Positions 18,472 to 29,586 are shown, counted from the first letter of the stretch. The stretch: 39,510 nucleotides of DNA from Ornithinimicrobium sp. (GCA_035581545.1 DATISK010000220.1:1-39510); one strand, 5' to 3'. The notes: a model not told the origin generated them from the sequence alone. Numbers and translations: made by a program.

Positions 18472-19700
18472 CAGCCCCTCCCGAGCATCGTGCCCAGGTC
18501 GTACCCTGCACGCACGAACCGGTCCGGGTGCGGCGGGAAACCGTCCGCCCGCACCAGGTCCTGCCCCTCGCGCACGAAGATGTCGGCGGTCTCCACCACG
18601 TCACCCTCGACCCGTCCCGGGAGCGCGACGATCTCGCGGACGCGACGGTGCCCGTCGGCGTCCATCCCCAGGTGCACGACGAGGTCCACCGACGTGGCGA
18701 CCGTGGGGACGACGAAGCTGGCCGAGACGTTCGCCCCGGCGAGCAGGGGCAGCGTGCACATCTTGGTCACGGCCTCACGGGCGCTGTTGGCGTGGACGGT
18801 CGCCATCCCGGGCAGTCCGCTGTTGAGGGCGATGAGCAGGTCGAGACTCTCCTCCTGACGGACCTCCCCGACGACGATCCGTCCTGGCCGCATGCGCAAC
18901 GCCTCCTTGACCAGCCGCCGCAGGGGCACCTCCCCCGTGCCCTCGAGACCGGCCTGCCGGCACTGCATCGCGGCCACGTCGCGCTGGTTGATCTGCAGCT
19001 CGAAGACCTCTTCGCAGGTCACCACCCGCTCGTGGGCCGGGATCGCGGCGGCCAGGCAGTTGAGCATGGTGGTCTTGCCGGCCTGGGTCCCGCCGGCGAC
19101 CAGGATGTTCAACCCGCTGGCCACGGCCGCGGCGAGGAAGTCCGCCGCCGCTCTGGTGAGGCTCCCCAGCCGCACCAGGTCGCCGAGGTCGTCGGCGGCC
19201 ACGACGAACTTGCGGATGTTCACCGCCCAGTGGCGACGGGTGATGTCCGGGATGACCACGTGCAGGCGGCTGCCGTCGGGCAGGGAGGCGTCCACGAACG
19301 GGCTACTGAGGTCGACCCTCCGTCCGGAGCTGCGCAGCATGCGCTCGACGAGGTCCTGGACCTGCTGCTCGGAGAGGAAGGTCGGGGTCAGCTCGGGACG
19401 ACCGTGCCGGGCCACGAACACCTTGTGCGGCTCGTTGATCCAGATCTCCTCGACCGTGGGGTCGTCGAGGTAGGGCTGGAGCGGACCGAACCCGGCCACC
19501 GACTCCAGCAGCACGCGCTGGGTCTCCCGGCGATCGCCCAGCGGAGCCAGCCCGCCCACGAGCGCCCGCTCGTCGTAGTCGTCGAGGACCTCGCCGATGA
19601 GGTCGCGGACCTCCAGGTCGTCCCGGGCGGGGTCGAGCCGACGGCGCCGGATGAGCTCCCGCACGTCCTCCTCGAGGTCGTGCAGCGCGGTGGCGTGCAT
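18471..19700 (-). CDS. cpaF: CpaF/TadA pilus assembly ATPase
   Basis: GFGPLQPYLDDP, GGTQAGKTT, EEVFEL, ALRMRPGRIVVGEVR, TVHANS. Confidence 0.95.
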   Translation of the reverse strand: MHATALHDLEEDVRELIRRRRLDPARDDLEVRDLIGEVLDDYDERALVGGLAPLGDRRETQRVLLESVAGFGPLQPYLDDPTVEEIWINEPHKVFVARHGRPELTPTFLSEQQVQDLVERMLRSSGRRVDLSSPFVDASLPDGSRLHVVIPDITRRHWAVNIRKFVVAADDLGDLVRLGSLTRAAADFLAAAVASGLNILVAGGTQAGKTTMLNCLAAAIPAHERVVTCEEVFELQINQRDVAAMQCRQAGLEGTGEVPLRRLVKEALRMRPGRIVVGEVRQEESLDLLIALNSGLPGMATVHANSAREAVTKMCTLPLLAGANVSASFVVPTVATSVDLVVHLGMDADGHRRVREIVALPGRVEGDVVETADIFVREGQDLVRADGFPPHPDRFVRAGYDLGTMLGRG

Positions 19701-19825
19701 GGACTGCGTCCCCCTGTCTTCACGAACGTCGTCTCGGGCCCCCGGCCCTCGGCGGACCATGCGACCAACGGTGGTGGCGACTGTAAAGGGGTTTTGCCAA
19801 AGCGTGACCAAACCCGAACCGAATC

Positions 19826-19853
19826 TGTGGACAACCGGCCCGGCTGTGGACGA
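19826..19853 (-). promoter_or_regulatory. Two DnaA-box-like motifs in the cpaF/ftsK divergent intergenic region
   Basis: TTGTCCACA (perfect actinobacterial box, 19826-19834) and TCGTCCACA (19845-19853). Confidence 0.4.
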
Positions 19854-19892
19854 CGGGCAGGCCGCGACCTCCCGTGGGGCCACCATGGCCCG

Positions 19893-22800
19893 GTGCGAGC
19901 CCTGATCACGGTCCCCACGTCCCTCGGGTCGCGGCACGTGCTGGTGGACGGCCCGGAGGACCTCACCGCTGCCGACGTCCACGCCCATCTGGGTGCTCCG
20001 GGCGTGGTCCCGGCTCCACGGCGACCGCTGCACGGGTATGCCGTCGGCGCCCCGGACCCGGCCCCGGTCCTGCCCCTGCCCCGGCTGGTCGTCGCCGACG
20101 GGCCGGACGCGGGAGCGTCCGTCGCGCTGCCCCCCGGGGTGTGGGTCACCCTCGGGCGCGACCCGTCCTGCGCGCTCCCCCTCCTCGACCCCGCCCTCTC
20201 GCGTCGACATGCACGCGTCAGGACGGACCGCACCGGCGTCGTCGTCGACGACCTGGCCTCCACCAACGGGGTGCACTGGTCACCGGACCACCGGGAGGGG
20301 ACCGTCCGCGGACCCACCGACGATGCGCGGGCCGCGCCCCGCAGCACCGGAGCGGTGGACGGGTCGCACCACTGGCCGACCGGGTGCGACCTGCTCGTCG
20401 GCGGGTCGCGTCTGGTGCTGCTGACCCGACCCGGTGCGCCCCTGCCCGTCCGGCACGCCCGCGGACGGGCCGAGGTCCGCCCGTGGCCCCGCACGGTCCC
20501 GCCCCGACTGGGGACCTCGCTGACCACCCCGCCGCCGCCGGAACCACCGGTCCTGCGGCCGCCGAGCGCGGGGTCCTGGGGCTTGCCCCTGGCCGCCTCG
20601 GTGGCGCTGGCGGCGGTGCTGCGGATGCCCTTCCTGCTCCTCTTCGGACTCATGGCCCCCGCGATGATGTTCGGGCACCACCTGGGCGAGCGCCGCAGGG
20701 CCAGGGTCGAGCACCTGGCCGCCACCGCCCGCCATGGCGCAGAGCTCACCCGGCTCGGGGACGAGCGCCGGCACGCCCTCGGGGCCGACCTGTCCGTCCT
20801 CCGGTCCCGGCACCCGGGCCTGGGCGCCGCCGTCTCCAGCCTCCTGCCCACCCCCACGACCGACCTGTGGTCCCGCGTCCACGAAGCCGTGGAGGTCGTG
20901 CTCGGCCGGGCCGGGTGCCCCTCCGCCGTGACTCTCGACGGGGTGCCCGTCGACCACGCCGACGCGCCCCTCGTCCTCGACCTGGCCGGCCCGGTGACGG
21001 TGGTCGGGCCCCCGCACCTGCGCGACGCCTTGGTGCGGTCCGTGCTGCTCCAGGCCGTGACGACCCATCCACCCTCCGCCCTCTCGATGGTGGTCGACCC
21101 CGGGACGCACCCCGGGGACGCCTGGGACCTGCTGGCCTGGCTGCCCCATACCCGTCCTGTCCCCGGGGATGAGGCGGTCGCCGTCCGATGGGGGCAGCAC
21201 CTCAGTCTGGTCGAGGACGTCCGGGACGCGCCGGCCGGTCGGACCCGGATCGAGGTCGCCGGCCCCGCACGGGCGGTCCTGCGTCGCCCCGGCGAGCCCG
21301 ACGTGGTGTTCCTGCCGACCATGCTCGGCCTCCCGCTGGCCCGTCACCTGGCCCGGATGCTGGCCGGATGGGCCGAGGAGGATCCCGACGCCGGTCACGG
21401 GACCGCTACGGCCGCCCGGACCCTGGGCGACCTGACGTCCTGGCCCACGCACCCGCTCGAGGTCCGGCAGGGGTGGGCGTCCGGGCAGGGTCCGGGGCTG
21501 GCCGGGCCGCTCGGCACGGACGACGGGGGTCGACCCGTGGTGGTGGACCTGGTCCGGGACGGGCCGCACGCCCTGGTGGCCGGGACGACCGGAGCGGGGA
21601 AGTCGGAGCTGCTGCGCACCCTGGTGACCGGGCTCGCCCTCGCCCACCCGCCGTCCCGGCTGGGAGTGCTGCTGATGGACTACAAGGGCGGCGCGTCACT
21701 GGGCCAGCTGGCCGACCTGCCGCACGCCGTCGGACTGGTCACCGACCTGGACCCCTACCTCGCGCGGCGGGTGCTCGTGTCGCTGCGGGCCGAGCTGGGT
21801 CGACGGGAGCGGGCACTGGGCGCCGCGGGCCTGCGCGACGTCTCCGACGACGACGCCGGACTGATCCCCCGGCTGCTCATCGTGGTCGACGAGTTCCGGG
21901 TCCTCGCCGAGGAGCTGCCGGAGTTCCTGACCGGCCTGGTCCGGGTCGCGACGGTCGGCCGCAGCCTGGGGGTCCACCTGGTGCTGGCCACGCAGCGTCC
22001 CGGTGGCGCGGTCCCCCCCGACCTGCGCGCCAACGTCAACCTGCGGGTGGCTCTGCGGGTGCGGGAGGTCGCGGACAGCCTGGACGTCCTGGAGGTCCCC
22101 GACGCCGCCCGGTTGCCGGAGGACCGGCCGGGCGCGGCGCTGCTGCGGACCGGGTCCGGCCCGGCCAGGGCCTTCCGGGCCGTGCGGGTGGGGCCGCCGT
22201 CCCGGGGCGCGGTGGACGGGGACACCGGCGACGGTGGCCCCACCGGGTCCGGTGCAGGGCGCTGCCCCGTCAGGACGCAGGAGGTCGTGGACGCATGGGC
22301 CGGGTGGCGGGCCCTGACACACGGGGAGGGCGGCCCCGCCACCACGTCGTCCGGAGCTTCGCCCACGGACGCGCTCGGGGACCTCGTCGACCTGGTGCGT
22401 CGTGCCGCGGCCGAGGCGCCCGCCGGGGAGGCTCCGGACAGGGCGGCGCCGGTCTGGCACCCGCCGCTGCCCGACCGGTTGCCGAAGCCCGCCCCGGGGA
22501 CCTGGGCGCTGGCCGACCGGCCGGACCAGCAGTCCCAGGAGCCGCTCGTCTGGCGCGCGACCGGCCACCTCTCGCTGGTCGGGGCTCCCCGCAGCGGGCG
22601 TTCCACTGCGGTGCGCGCGCTCGTCGCGGCGGCCGGCCGGGTGTGGCTGTACGTCCTCGACCCTGCCCGCGGGCTCGAGGGCACGGAGCTGGCCCGCCAC
22701 CCCGGCCTGCGCGCCTGGGTGGGGCCGGACGAACCCGCCCACGGGACGGCCGTCCTGCGGGCGCTCGCCCAGCTGGTCGACCGCCGACGGACGAGGGGCG

Positions 22801-23741
22801 GGGCGGACGGCGCCCCGGTGGTCCTGGTCGTGGACGGTTGGGACCGGTGGGTGCAGGAGCAGGAGGTCGCACTCGGGGACGCCAGGGACCTGGTGGTCCA
22901 GCTCCTGCGCGACGGTCCCGCCGCCGGCGTCTCGGTGCTCCTCACCGGAGACCGGCAGCTGGTCACCGGTGCCGTCGCCAAGCACGTCCCCGAGACCTGG
23001 CTGCTCCCCACCCACGATCCCACCGACACCGCGGCGGTGGGGCTGCGACCGGCCCAGGTGCCCCGGCACCGGCCACCCGGCCGGGCCGTGCGGACGCGGG
23101 ACGCCCTGGTGGCCCAGGTGCACCTGCCCCCGCCGTCCAGGCACGTGCGCGCACCCTCGGACCCCCCTCCCCCTCGGCTGGTCGCCCTGCCGCGCCTGCT
23201 GAGCACGGGCCGGGCGTGGGCGGTCGGAGGGGACCGTGCGGAACCGGTCCCCTGCCCCGCCGGGTCGGTGCTCGTCCTCGGTCCCCCGGGGTCGGGGGTC
23301 ACCCACGCGCTGTCGGCCATCGCCCAGGGGGCCGAGGGTGCCGTGCTGCGGGTCGGCGGGCCCGGCGAGAGGGACGAGCGGGAGCTGTCCGCCGCCCTGG
23401 TGGGAGGGGTCGGCACCGTCGTCCTGGACGAGGCGCACCTGCTGCTCGGATCACGGACCGAGGAGCTGGTCCTGGCGTGGGCGGAACGCACGGGCGGGCG
23501 GCTCCTCGTCGGTGGGGAGCTGGCCGCCTGCTCGTCGCTGTTCCGCGGCGCCGTGCCGTTCGTGGGTCGTCACCGCACCGGCCTGGTCCTGCAGCCCTCC
23601 CTCCCGGGTCACGGGGCGGCTCTCGGCGTCGACCTGCCGGTGGGGGACGTCCGCGTCCCCGGCCGGGGCGTCCTCGTGGTGAGGGGTCGGGCCACGAGGG
23701 TCCAGGTCAGGGCGCCGGCCGCGTCTCCAACCGACCCATGA
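19893..23741 (+). CDS. FHA-domain FtsK/SpoIIIE (EccC/EssC-like) ATPase
   Basis: FHA (LGRD...LSRRHA...DLASTNG), two TM helices, ATPase 1 GTTGAGKS/IVVDEF/LATQRP, degenerate ATPases 2 (GAPRSGRS) and 3 (GPPGSGVT); start position is approximate. Confidence 0.88.
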   Translation: MRALITVPTSLGSRHVLVDGPEDLTAADVHAHLGAPGVVPAPRRPLHGYAVGAPDPAPVLPLPRLVVADGPDAGASVALPPGVWVTLGRDPSCALPLLDPALSRRHARVRTDRTGVVVDDLASTNGVHWSPDHREGTVRGPTDDARAAPRSTGAVDGSHHWPTGCDLLVGGSRLVLLTRPGAPLPVRHARGRAEVRPWPRTVPPRLGTSLTTPPPPEPPVLRPPSAGSWGLPLAASVALAAVLRMPFLLLFGLMAPAMMFGHHLGERRRARVEHLAATARHGAELTRLGDERRHALGADLSVLRSRHPGLGAAVSSLLPTPTTDLWSRVHEAVEVVLGRAGCPSAVTLDGVPVDHADAPLVLDLAGPVTVVGPPHLRDALVRSVLLQAVTTHPPSALSMVVDPGTHPGDAWDLLAWLPHTRPVPGDEAVAVRWGQHLSLVEDVRDAPAGRTRIEVAGPARAVLRRPGEPDVVFLPTMLGLPLARHLARMLAGWAEEDPDAGHGTATAARTLGDLTSWPTHPLEVRQGWASGQGPGLAGPLGTDDGGRPVVVDLVRDGPHALVAGTTGAGKSELLRTLVTGLALAHPPSRLGVLLMDYKGGASLGQLADLPHAVGLVTDLDPYLARRVLVSLRAELGRRERALGAAGLRDVSDDDAGLIPRLLIVVDEFRVLAEELPEFLTGLVRVATVGRSLGVHLVLATQRPGGAVPPDLRANVNLRVALRVREVADSLDVLEVPDAARLPEDRPGAALLRTGSGPARAFRAVRVGPPSRGAVDGDTGDGGPTGSGAGRCPVRTQEVVDAWAGWRALTHGEGGPATTSSGASPTDALGDLVDLVRRAAAEAPAGEAPDRAAPVWHPPLPDRLPKPAPGTWALADRPDQQSQEPLVWRATGHLSLVGAPRSGRSTAVRALVAAAGRVWLYVLDPARGLEGTELARHPGLRAWVGPDEPAHGTAVLRALAQLVDRRRTRGGADGAPVVLVVDGWDRWVQEQEVALGDARDLVVQLLRDGPAAGVSVLLTGDRQLVTGAVAKHVPETWLLPTHDPTDTAAVGLRPAQVPRHRPPGRAVRTRDALVAQVHLPPPSRHVRAPSDPPPPRLVALPRLLSTGRAWAVGGDRAEPVPCPAGSVLVLGPPGSGVTHALSAIAQGAEGAVLRVGGPGERDERELSAALVGGVGTVVLDEAHLLLGSRTEELVLAWAERTGGRLLVGGELAACSSLFRGAVPFVGRHRTGLVLQPSLPGHGAALGVDLPVGDVRVPGRGVLVVRGRATRVQVRAPAASPTDP

Positions 23742-24102
23742 GGAAGGCCGCGGCGACCACGGACACCCCCACGGCGAGGACGAGGCCCGCGAGCCACCAG
23801 GGGGCGAACTGGAACATCGCCAGGCCCAGGGGGACGAGGAGGAAGTTGGCGGCGATGGCCGGTGCCTGGGCGCGGGGGTGCCGGGCCCACAGCCCCTTGG
23901 CTGTGTAGGCCAGCCCGATGACGAAGACGACGATCGTGACGACCGACATCAGGACGATCAGCAGGTCGCTCCCCTGGCCCACCGACAGCTCGTAGAGGTA
24001 GAAGACGGCGATGCCGACCAGCACCACCGCCTCGGCGGCCACCAGCCCGGCGGCGACCCGCCCGGCCAGCCATTCTCGGGGGGTCGGGTCGGCTGCGCTC
24101 AC
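23707..24102 (-). CDS. Small four-TM membrane protein
   Basis: Hydrophobic ORF; TACGAT -10 just upstream of the GTG start. Confidence 0.75.
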   Translation of the reverse strand: MSAADPTPREWLAGRVAAGLVAAEAVVLVGIAVFYLYELSVGQGSDLLIVLMSVVTIVVFVIGLAYTAKGLWARHPRAQAPAIAANFLLVPLGLAMFQFAPWWLAGLVLAVGVSVVAAAFLMGRLETRPAP

Positions 24103-24181
24103 GCGGCCCATCGTAGGCGGACGGTCGCGCACGTCCGGCGGGCCAGGATCCACGCAGGTCGGACCGTTAGGCTCATCGGTC

Positions 24182-24763
24182 GTGACGGCGGCCAAGCGGA
24201 TAGCGCTGGAGACCCTGGGGTGGGTCGTCCTGTGCGTGGGGATCCTGGCGCTGTTCCTGCCTGGCCCCGGTCTGCTCCTGACCCTCGCCGGGCTGGCGAT
24301 CCTGTCCACCCAGTACGGCTGGGCGCGCAGGCTCATGGAGCCGGTCCGGGTCAAGGCCTGGCGGGGTGCGGCCGAAGGGGTGGAGACGGTCCCCCGCATC
24401 GCCGCCTCCGTGCTGGTCGCCGTGGTCATGGTCGGGGTCGCCGTGCTGTGGCTCTGGAGCCCGCCGGTCCCCGGCTGGTGGCCGCTGGCGGAGCGGTGGT
24501 GGCTCTTCGGCGGCCCGGCCGTGGGGATCACGATGATCGTCTCGGCCCTGATCGCCCTCGGGCTGCTGGTGTATGCCGCGCGCCGGTTCCACCGGCACCC
24601 CGCGGCCGTGGCGGACGTCCTGCGGATGGAGGAGCGCTACCAGGCGCGGCGGCGGCACCGCGCCGAGGCGAGGCGCCGGCTCCGACGGATGCGGACCGCC
24701 GGCGTCCCGGTGCCGACGCGGGGACGGCGCCGGGGGACCAGCCCCGTGGGGGACGGGGGCTGA
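24182..24763 (+). CDS. PGPGW-domain membrane protein
   Basis: LFLPGPGLL...GLAILSTQYGWARR; TAGGCT -10 upstream. Confidence 0.82.
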   Translation: MTAAKRIALETLGWVVLCVGILALFLPGPGLLLTLAGLAILSTQYGWARRLMEPVRVKAWRGAAEGVETVPRIAASVLVAVVMVGVAVLWLWSPPVPGWWPLAERWWLFGGPAVGITMIVSALIALGLLVYAARRFHRHPAAVADVLRMEERYQARRRHRAEARRRLRRMRTAGVPVPTRGRRRGTSPVGDGG

Positions 24764-24788
24764 CGAGCCGGGCGGCGGACGACCGGGG

Positions 24789-26321
24789 TCAGGACGTCGG
24801 GCAGCAGGCCGGGGCCGCGGGCTCCGGCGCGGACGGCCGCCCGACCGTCGGGATGCCCAGGCTGACCGCGGGCTTGCGCGTGCTGCCCTCGGTGCCGCCG
24901 TCCTGCAGGGCCGCCCAGGCGTCGCCGCCTCGGGTCCGGCGCACGGCATAGGTCCCGCCCCGCACACCGGAGTCGGCGATGAGGTGGTGCGGCGCGCCGT
25001 AGGTGACCGCCACGGTCACCGCGTCACCGGGACGGGGCCGCTCGGCCCCCTCCGGCACGGCGAAGTGCACCAGCCGGTTGTCCCGGGCCCGGCCCGACAT
25101 CCGTTCGGTCTCGGCGTCCTTGCGGCCCTCCCCCGGCGCGACGAGCACCTCGACCTGCTGCCCCTCGAGCTCGCGGTTGCCGGCCCAGGAGACCTCCTCC
25201 TGCACGGCCAGGAGCCGGTCGAAGCGCTCCTGCACGACGGCCTTGGGCACCTGGTCCTCCATGGTGGCCGCCGGGGTGCCCGGGCGGATGGAGTACTGGA
25301 AGGTGAACGCGCTGGAGAACCTCGAGGCCCGCACCACGTCGAGGGTGTCCTGGAAGTCCTCCTCGGTCTCCCCCGGGAAGCCCACGATGAGGTCGGTGGT
25401 GATCGCCGCGTCCGGGATCTGCTCGCGGACGCGGTCGATGATGCCCAGGAACCGCTCGGACCGGTAGGACCGGCGCATCGCCCGCAGCACCCGGTCCGAG
25501 CCCGACTGCAGCGGCATGTGCAGGCTGGGCATCACGTTGGGGGTCTGCGCCATCGCGGTGATCACGTCGTCGGTGAAGGCGGCCGGGTGCGGGCTGGTGA
25601 AGCGCACCCGCTCCAGCCCCTCGACCTCCCCGCACGCGCGAAGAAGCTTGCCGAACGCGAACCGGTCGCCGAACTCCACCCCGTAGGTGTTGACGTTCTG
25701 CCCGAGCAGGGTGATCTCCACGACCCCCTGGGCGACCAGCGCCTCGACCTCGGCGAGGATCTCGCCCGGCCGACGGTCCTTCTCCTTGCCCCGCAGGGCG
25801 GGCACGATGCAGAAGGTGCAGGTGTTGTTGCAGCCCACGGAGATGGACACCCAGGCCGCGTATGCGGAGTCGCGCCGGGTCGGGAGCGTGGAGGGGAAGA
25901 CGTCGAGCGCCTCCAGGATCTCCACCTCGGCCGCCCTGTTGTGCCGCGCACGGTCGAGCAGGGCCGGCAGCGACCCGACGTTGTGCGTGCCGAAGACGAC
26001 GTCGACCCAGGGGGCGCGCTCGACGATCGTGGAGCGGTCCTTCTGCGCGAGGCAGCCACCGACGGCGATCTGCAGGTCGGGGTTGGCCAGCTTGGCCGGG
26101 CGCAGCTGCCCCAGGTTGCCGTACAGCTTGTTGGCGGCGTTCTCCCGCACGGCGCAGGTGTTGAACACGACCACGTCGGCCACGTCGGGCCGCCCTCCTG
26201 GGGGCAGACTGGCCAGGTCCACGTAGCCGGCCGTCTCCAGCAGCCCGGCGAGGCGCTCGGAGTCGTGCACGTTCATCTGGCACCCGTGGGTGCGCACGTC
26301 GTAGGTCTTGAGGGTCTCCAT
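24789..26321 (-). CDS. miaB: tRNA-2-methylthio-N6-dimethylallyladenosine synthase MiaB
   Basis: [19 protein letters not shown], radical SAM motif [12 protein letters not shown] domain. Confidence 0.97.
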   Translation of the reverse strand: METLKTYDVRTHGCQMNVHDSERLAGLLETAGYVDLASLPPGGRPDVADVVVFNTCAVRENAANKLYGNLGQLRPAKLANPDLQIAVGGCLAQKDRSTIVERAPWVDVVFGTHNVGSLPALLDRARHNRAAEVEILEALDVFPSTLPTRRDSAYAAWVSISVGCNNTCTFCIVPALRGKEKDRRPGEILAEVEALVAQGVVEITLLGQNVNTYGVEFGDRFAFGKLLRACGEVEGLERVRFTSPHPAAFTDDVITAMAQTPNVMPSLHMPLQSGSDRVLRAMRRSYRSERFLGIIDRVREQIPDAAITTDLIVGFPGETEEDFQDTLDVVRASRFSSAFTFQYSIRPGTPAATMEDQVPKAVVQERFDRLLAVQEEVSWAGNRELEGQQVEVLVAPGEGRKDAETERMSGRARDNRLVHFAVPEGAERPRPGDAVTVAVTYGAPHHLIADSGVRGGTYAVRRTRGGDAWAALQDGGTEGSTRKPAVSLGIPTVGRPSAPEPAAPACCPTS

Positions 26322-26412
26322 ACCGTGTTCCAGGGTAACCGGGCCGCGGCGGCGTGAGGACCTGCGCGCGGAGGCGCACGCGTGCGGCGGGTCACGGTCG
26401 GGCCCGGACGGG

Positions 26413-27150
26413 TCAGGGGCGGGTCGCTCCCGGCTCGGCGAGCAGCGGCGGGACGGCGATCGTCAGCAGCAGGGCCGCGGGGACCAGGAGCACCACCACC
26501 CCGGACGCCAGGTAGCCCAGGGCCCCCATGACCCCACCGAGGAAGAACAGGCCGACGAGGGCGCCGTGCATGTGCAGCCGTTCCAGGTCGGCGCGCACCG
26601 GGGAGGCACCGTCGAGCCGGTTGCGGTAGAGGCCCTTGCCGAGCTCGATCCCGATGTCGGTGACCATGCCGGTCACGTGGGTGGTCCGGATCGTGGCCTC
26701 GGAGACCTTGGTGATGAGGGCGTTCTGCAGACCCATGACGAAGCCGAGGGCGGCGACGAGCGGCCACTGCCTCTGGGGCCCCGGCACCAGGTCGGCCACC
26801 GCCCCGATCAGCAGGACGAGCAGCGCCTCGGTGAGCAGCACCAGCGCGAACCGCCGGTCGTGCCAGCGCTCCCGCCGGCGTGCCCAGTGGAACTGCACCG
26901 CGCACGCCATCGCGCCCAGGAGGAAGGCGACCAGGGCCAGCAGACCGACGGCCACGACGGCCCACCCGCCCAGGACGAGGTGGTCGGCCACGCTGGCCGT
27001 GATGCCGGTCATGTGGGACGTGTAGAAGCCCACCGCGACGAAGCCCACGGAGTTGAGGACACCGGCCGTCCAGGCCAGGTGGTAGGCCAGGTGGCGGTTG
27101 ACCCGCTGCGAGCGAGCCGGCCCGGCCAGCTGCCACACCCGCCACGCCAT
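26413..27150 (-). CDS. YoaK/DUF1275 family membrane protein
   Basis: AGVLN...YTSHMTG, MGLQNA, RTTHVTG; RBS GGAGGAGG. Confidence 0.9.
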   Translation of the reverse strand: MAWRVWQLAGPARSQRVNRHLAYHLAWTAGVLNSVGFVAVGFYTSHMTGITASVADHLVLGGWAVVAVGLLALVAFLLGAMACAVQFHWARRRERWHDRRFALVLLTEALLVLLIGAVADLVPGPQRQWPLVAALGFVMGLQNALITKVSEATIRTTHVTGMVTDIGIELGKGLYRNRLDGASPVRADLERLHMHGALVGLFFLGGVMGALGYLASGVVVLLVPAALLLTIAVPPLLAEPGATRP

Positions 27151-27255
27151 GTCGGCCTCCTCCACGGGCCCTCCGGTCGGGGAGCCTCGCGCGACGAACT
27201 GTAGTGGGGTCGTAGGATGAGGGTCCGAGGAGCACCCGTCTGCGAAGGAGCGGCG

Positions 27256-27807
27256 ATGATCCACAACGATCGCGAGAGCATCGGCGACGAGCTGGGCGTC
27301 TACAGCGTGGACGACGAGGACCAGCTCTCCTCCGGGGACACCCTCGACGGCGACGGGGACCCGCTCGACCGCGGCTACACCGCTCCGGACCGGCTGCACG
27401 GCTCGCTGGCCTACGGCGTGACACCCGCGGAGCAGCGCGGCGACGAGACGATCGAGCAGCGCATCCGGCAGGAGGAGTCCGACCCGTGGTCGGCCTACGG
27501 TGCTCCCGACAACGAGTCCGGGCTGGACCGGCCCGAGGAGGACATGCTCGGCGGAGACGACGAGGACGCCGTTCCCGCCGGCCGGGACGTCTACGGCGGG
27601 CACGACGGTCGGATCGGCCGCCTCGTGGCCCCCGACGAGGGCCTGCACCCCGACCGGGAGGCCCGGCTGGTGGCCCGCGAGGGCCGCGCCACGAGCTGGG
27701 ACTCCCCCGAGGAGTCGGCCATGCACTACACCGACGGCGAGGACGACGGCCTCACCGAGGAGGAGTGGACGCCCGAGCGCGGAGCCGGGCGGGACGAGGA
27801 GGAGTAA
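27256..27807 (+). CDS. Acidic DUF5709-like protein
   Basis: DDEDQL..DTL, DPLDRGY, GRLVAPDEG, SPEESAMH; RBS AAGGAG. Confidence 0.82.
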   Translation: MIHNDRESIGDELGVYSVDDEDQLSSGDTLDGDGDPLDRGYTAPDRLHGSLAYGVTPAEQRGDETIEQRIRQEESDPWSAYGAPDNESGLDRPEEDMLGGDDEDAVPAGRDVYGGHDGRIGRLVAPDEGLHPDREARLVAREGRATSWDSPEESAMHYTDGEDDGLTEEEWTPERGAGRDEEE

Positions 27808-27820
27808 CCGGCCCCAGGCG

Positions 27821-28483
27821 TCAGTCCCGGCGGTTCTCCGGCAGCTCGTCGAGCGCCTCGCGGACGACCTGGTAGGCGACGCCGGGACCGTAGCCCTTGC
27901 GGGCCAGGAAGCCGGCGAGCCGCCGGGTCTGGACGTCGCGCTCCAGCCCGCGCATCGTTCTCAGCCGGCGCGCGACCAGCGCCCTGGCCTGGTCCTTCTC
28001 CCGCTCGGGGTCGATCTCCTCCAGCGCGGCGTCGGCCACCTCGTCCGGCACCCCCTTCTGCCGCAGCTCGTGCCGCAGCGCGCCGGCCGCCAGACCCTTG
28101 GTCTCCTGCTTGGACCGCACGTACATCTCGGCGTAGGACTCGTCGTCGACGAGCCCGACCTCGGTCATCCGGTCGAGCACCCGCCGCGCCACCTCGGGCT
28201 CGCACCCACGGTCGCGCAGCTTGTCCTCCAGCTGCCGCCGGGTGCGCGGCCCCATGGCCAGCTGGCGCAGCACGATCCGTCGGGCGACGGCGTGCGGGTC
28301 GGGATCGGCCGCCCCGGTCCGCGCTCGACCGCCACCGCTCGGGTCAGGCGGGGCCCCACCGGGGGTGGACCCTCGTGCTGACCCGTGCTGCGCTCCGCCG
28401 GTAAGCCCGGAGGCGCTGGCGAGGGACTCCGCCTCCACCAGCGCCCGCCGGGCCGCAGACAACCGGTCTGCGTCGGTCGCCAT
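27821..28483 (-). CDS. recX: Regulatory protein RecX
   Basis: PRTRRQL, EVGLVDD, RRLAGFLARKGY; coupled directly downstream of recA. Confidence 0.94.
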   Translation of the reverse strand: MATDADRLSAARRALVEAESLASASGLTGGAQHGSARGSTPGGAPPDPSGGGRARTGAADPDPHAVARRIVLRQLAMGPRTRRQLEDKLRDRGCEPEVARRVLDRMTEVGLVDDESYAEMYVRSKQETKGLAAGALRHELRQKGVPDEVADAALEEIDPEREKDQARALVARRLRTMRGLERDVQTRRLAGFLARKGYGPGVAYQVVREALDELPENRRD

Positions 28484-29586
28484 CAGAAGTCGACCGAGAC
28501 CTCACCGGTCACCGGGTCCACCCCGGCCGGCAGGTCGTCGGCGGTCGGCCTGGGCACCCCGATGCCGAGCTTGGCCTTGATCTTGCGGTCGATCTCCTCG
28601 GACAGGTCGGGGTTGTCCTTGAGGAACTGGCGGGCGTTCTCCTTGCCCTGCCCCATCTGGTCGCCCTCGTAGGTGTACCAGGCGCCGGACTTGCGCACGA
28701 AGCCGTGCTCGACCCCCACGTCGATGAGACCCCCCTCCCGGGAGATGCCCTGCCCGTAGAGGATGTCGAACTCGGCCTGCTTGAACGGCGGCGACACCTT
28801 GTTCTTGACGATCTTGGCGCGGGTGCGGTTGCCGACCGCGTCGGTGCCGTCCTTGAGGGTCTCGATGCGGCGCACGTCGATGCGGACCGAGGCGTAGAAC
28901 TTCAGCGCCTTGCCACCGGTGGTGGTCTCCGGCGAGCCGAACATCACCCCGATCTTCTCGCGCAGCTGGTTGATGAAGATCGCCGTGGTGCCGGTGGTGC
29001 TGATCGCTCCGGTGATCTTGCGCAGGGCCTGGGACATCAGGCGGGCCTGCAGACCCACGTGGCTGTCACCCATCTCGCCCTCGATCTCGGCCCGCGGCAC
29101 GAGCGCGGCGACCGAGTCGATGACGATGATGTCGATCGCCCCCGAGCGGATCAGCATGTCGGCGATCTCCAGGGCCTGCTCGCCCGTGTCCGGCTGGCTG
29201 ACGAGGAGGGCGTCGGTGTCCACCCCGAGGTTCTTGGCGTAGTCGGGGTCGAGCGCGTGCTCGGCGTCGATGAAGGCGGCGATGCCACCGGCCTTCTGGG
29301 CGTTGGCCACCGCGTGCAGCGCGACCGTGGTCTTGCCGCTGGACTCCGGACCGTAGATCTCCACCACGCGACCGCGGGGCAGACCGCCCACGCCGAGCGC
29401 GACGTCGAGCGCGATGGACCCCGTGGGGATGACCCTGATGGGCGGGCGGTCCTCGTCCCCGAGCCGCATCACCGACCCCTTGCCGTGCTGCTTCTCGATC
29501 TGCGCCATGACGGCGTCGAGAGCCCGCATCCTGTCGTTGCCGGCGGCGACCGGCGATGCCGTCGTCTTCGTCGTGGCCTGGGCCAT
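28483..29586 (-). CDS. recA: Recombinase RecA
   Basis: [36 protein letters not shown]; no intein. Confidence 0.99.
   Translation of the reverse strand: MAQATTKTTASPVAAGNDRMRALDAVMAQIEKQHGKGSVMRLGDEDRPPIRVIPTGSIALDVALGVGGLPRGRVVEIYGPESSGKTTVALHAVANAQKAGGIAAFIDAEHALDPDYAKNLGVDTDALLVSQPDTGEQALEIADMLIRSGAIDIIVIDSVAALVPRAEIEGEMGDSHVGLQARLMSQALRKITGAISTTGTTAIFINQLREKIGVMFGSPETTTGGKALKFYASVRIDVRRIETLKDGTDAVGNRTRAKIVKNKVSPPFKQAEFDILYGQGISREGGLIDVGVEHGFVRKSGAWYTYEGDQMGQGKENARQFLKDNPDLSEEIDRKIKAKLGIGVPRPTADDLPAGVDPVTGEVSVDF

Noticed and set aside
18528-19892. 5' extension of the 1737-aa ORF
   Set aside because: Antisense to cpaF; the real FHA-FtsK gene most likely starts near 19893
28483-29586. Intein in RecA
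   Set aside because: The protein is a normal 367 aa with no insertion
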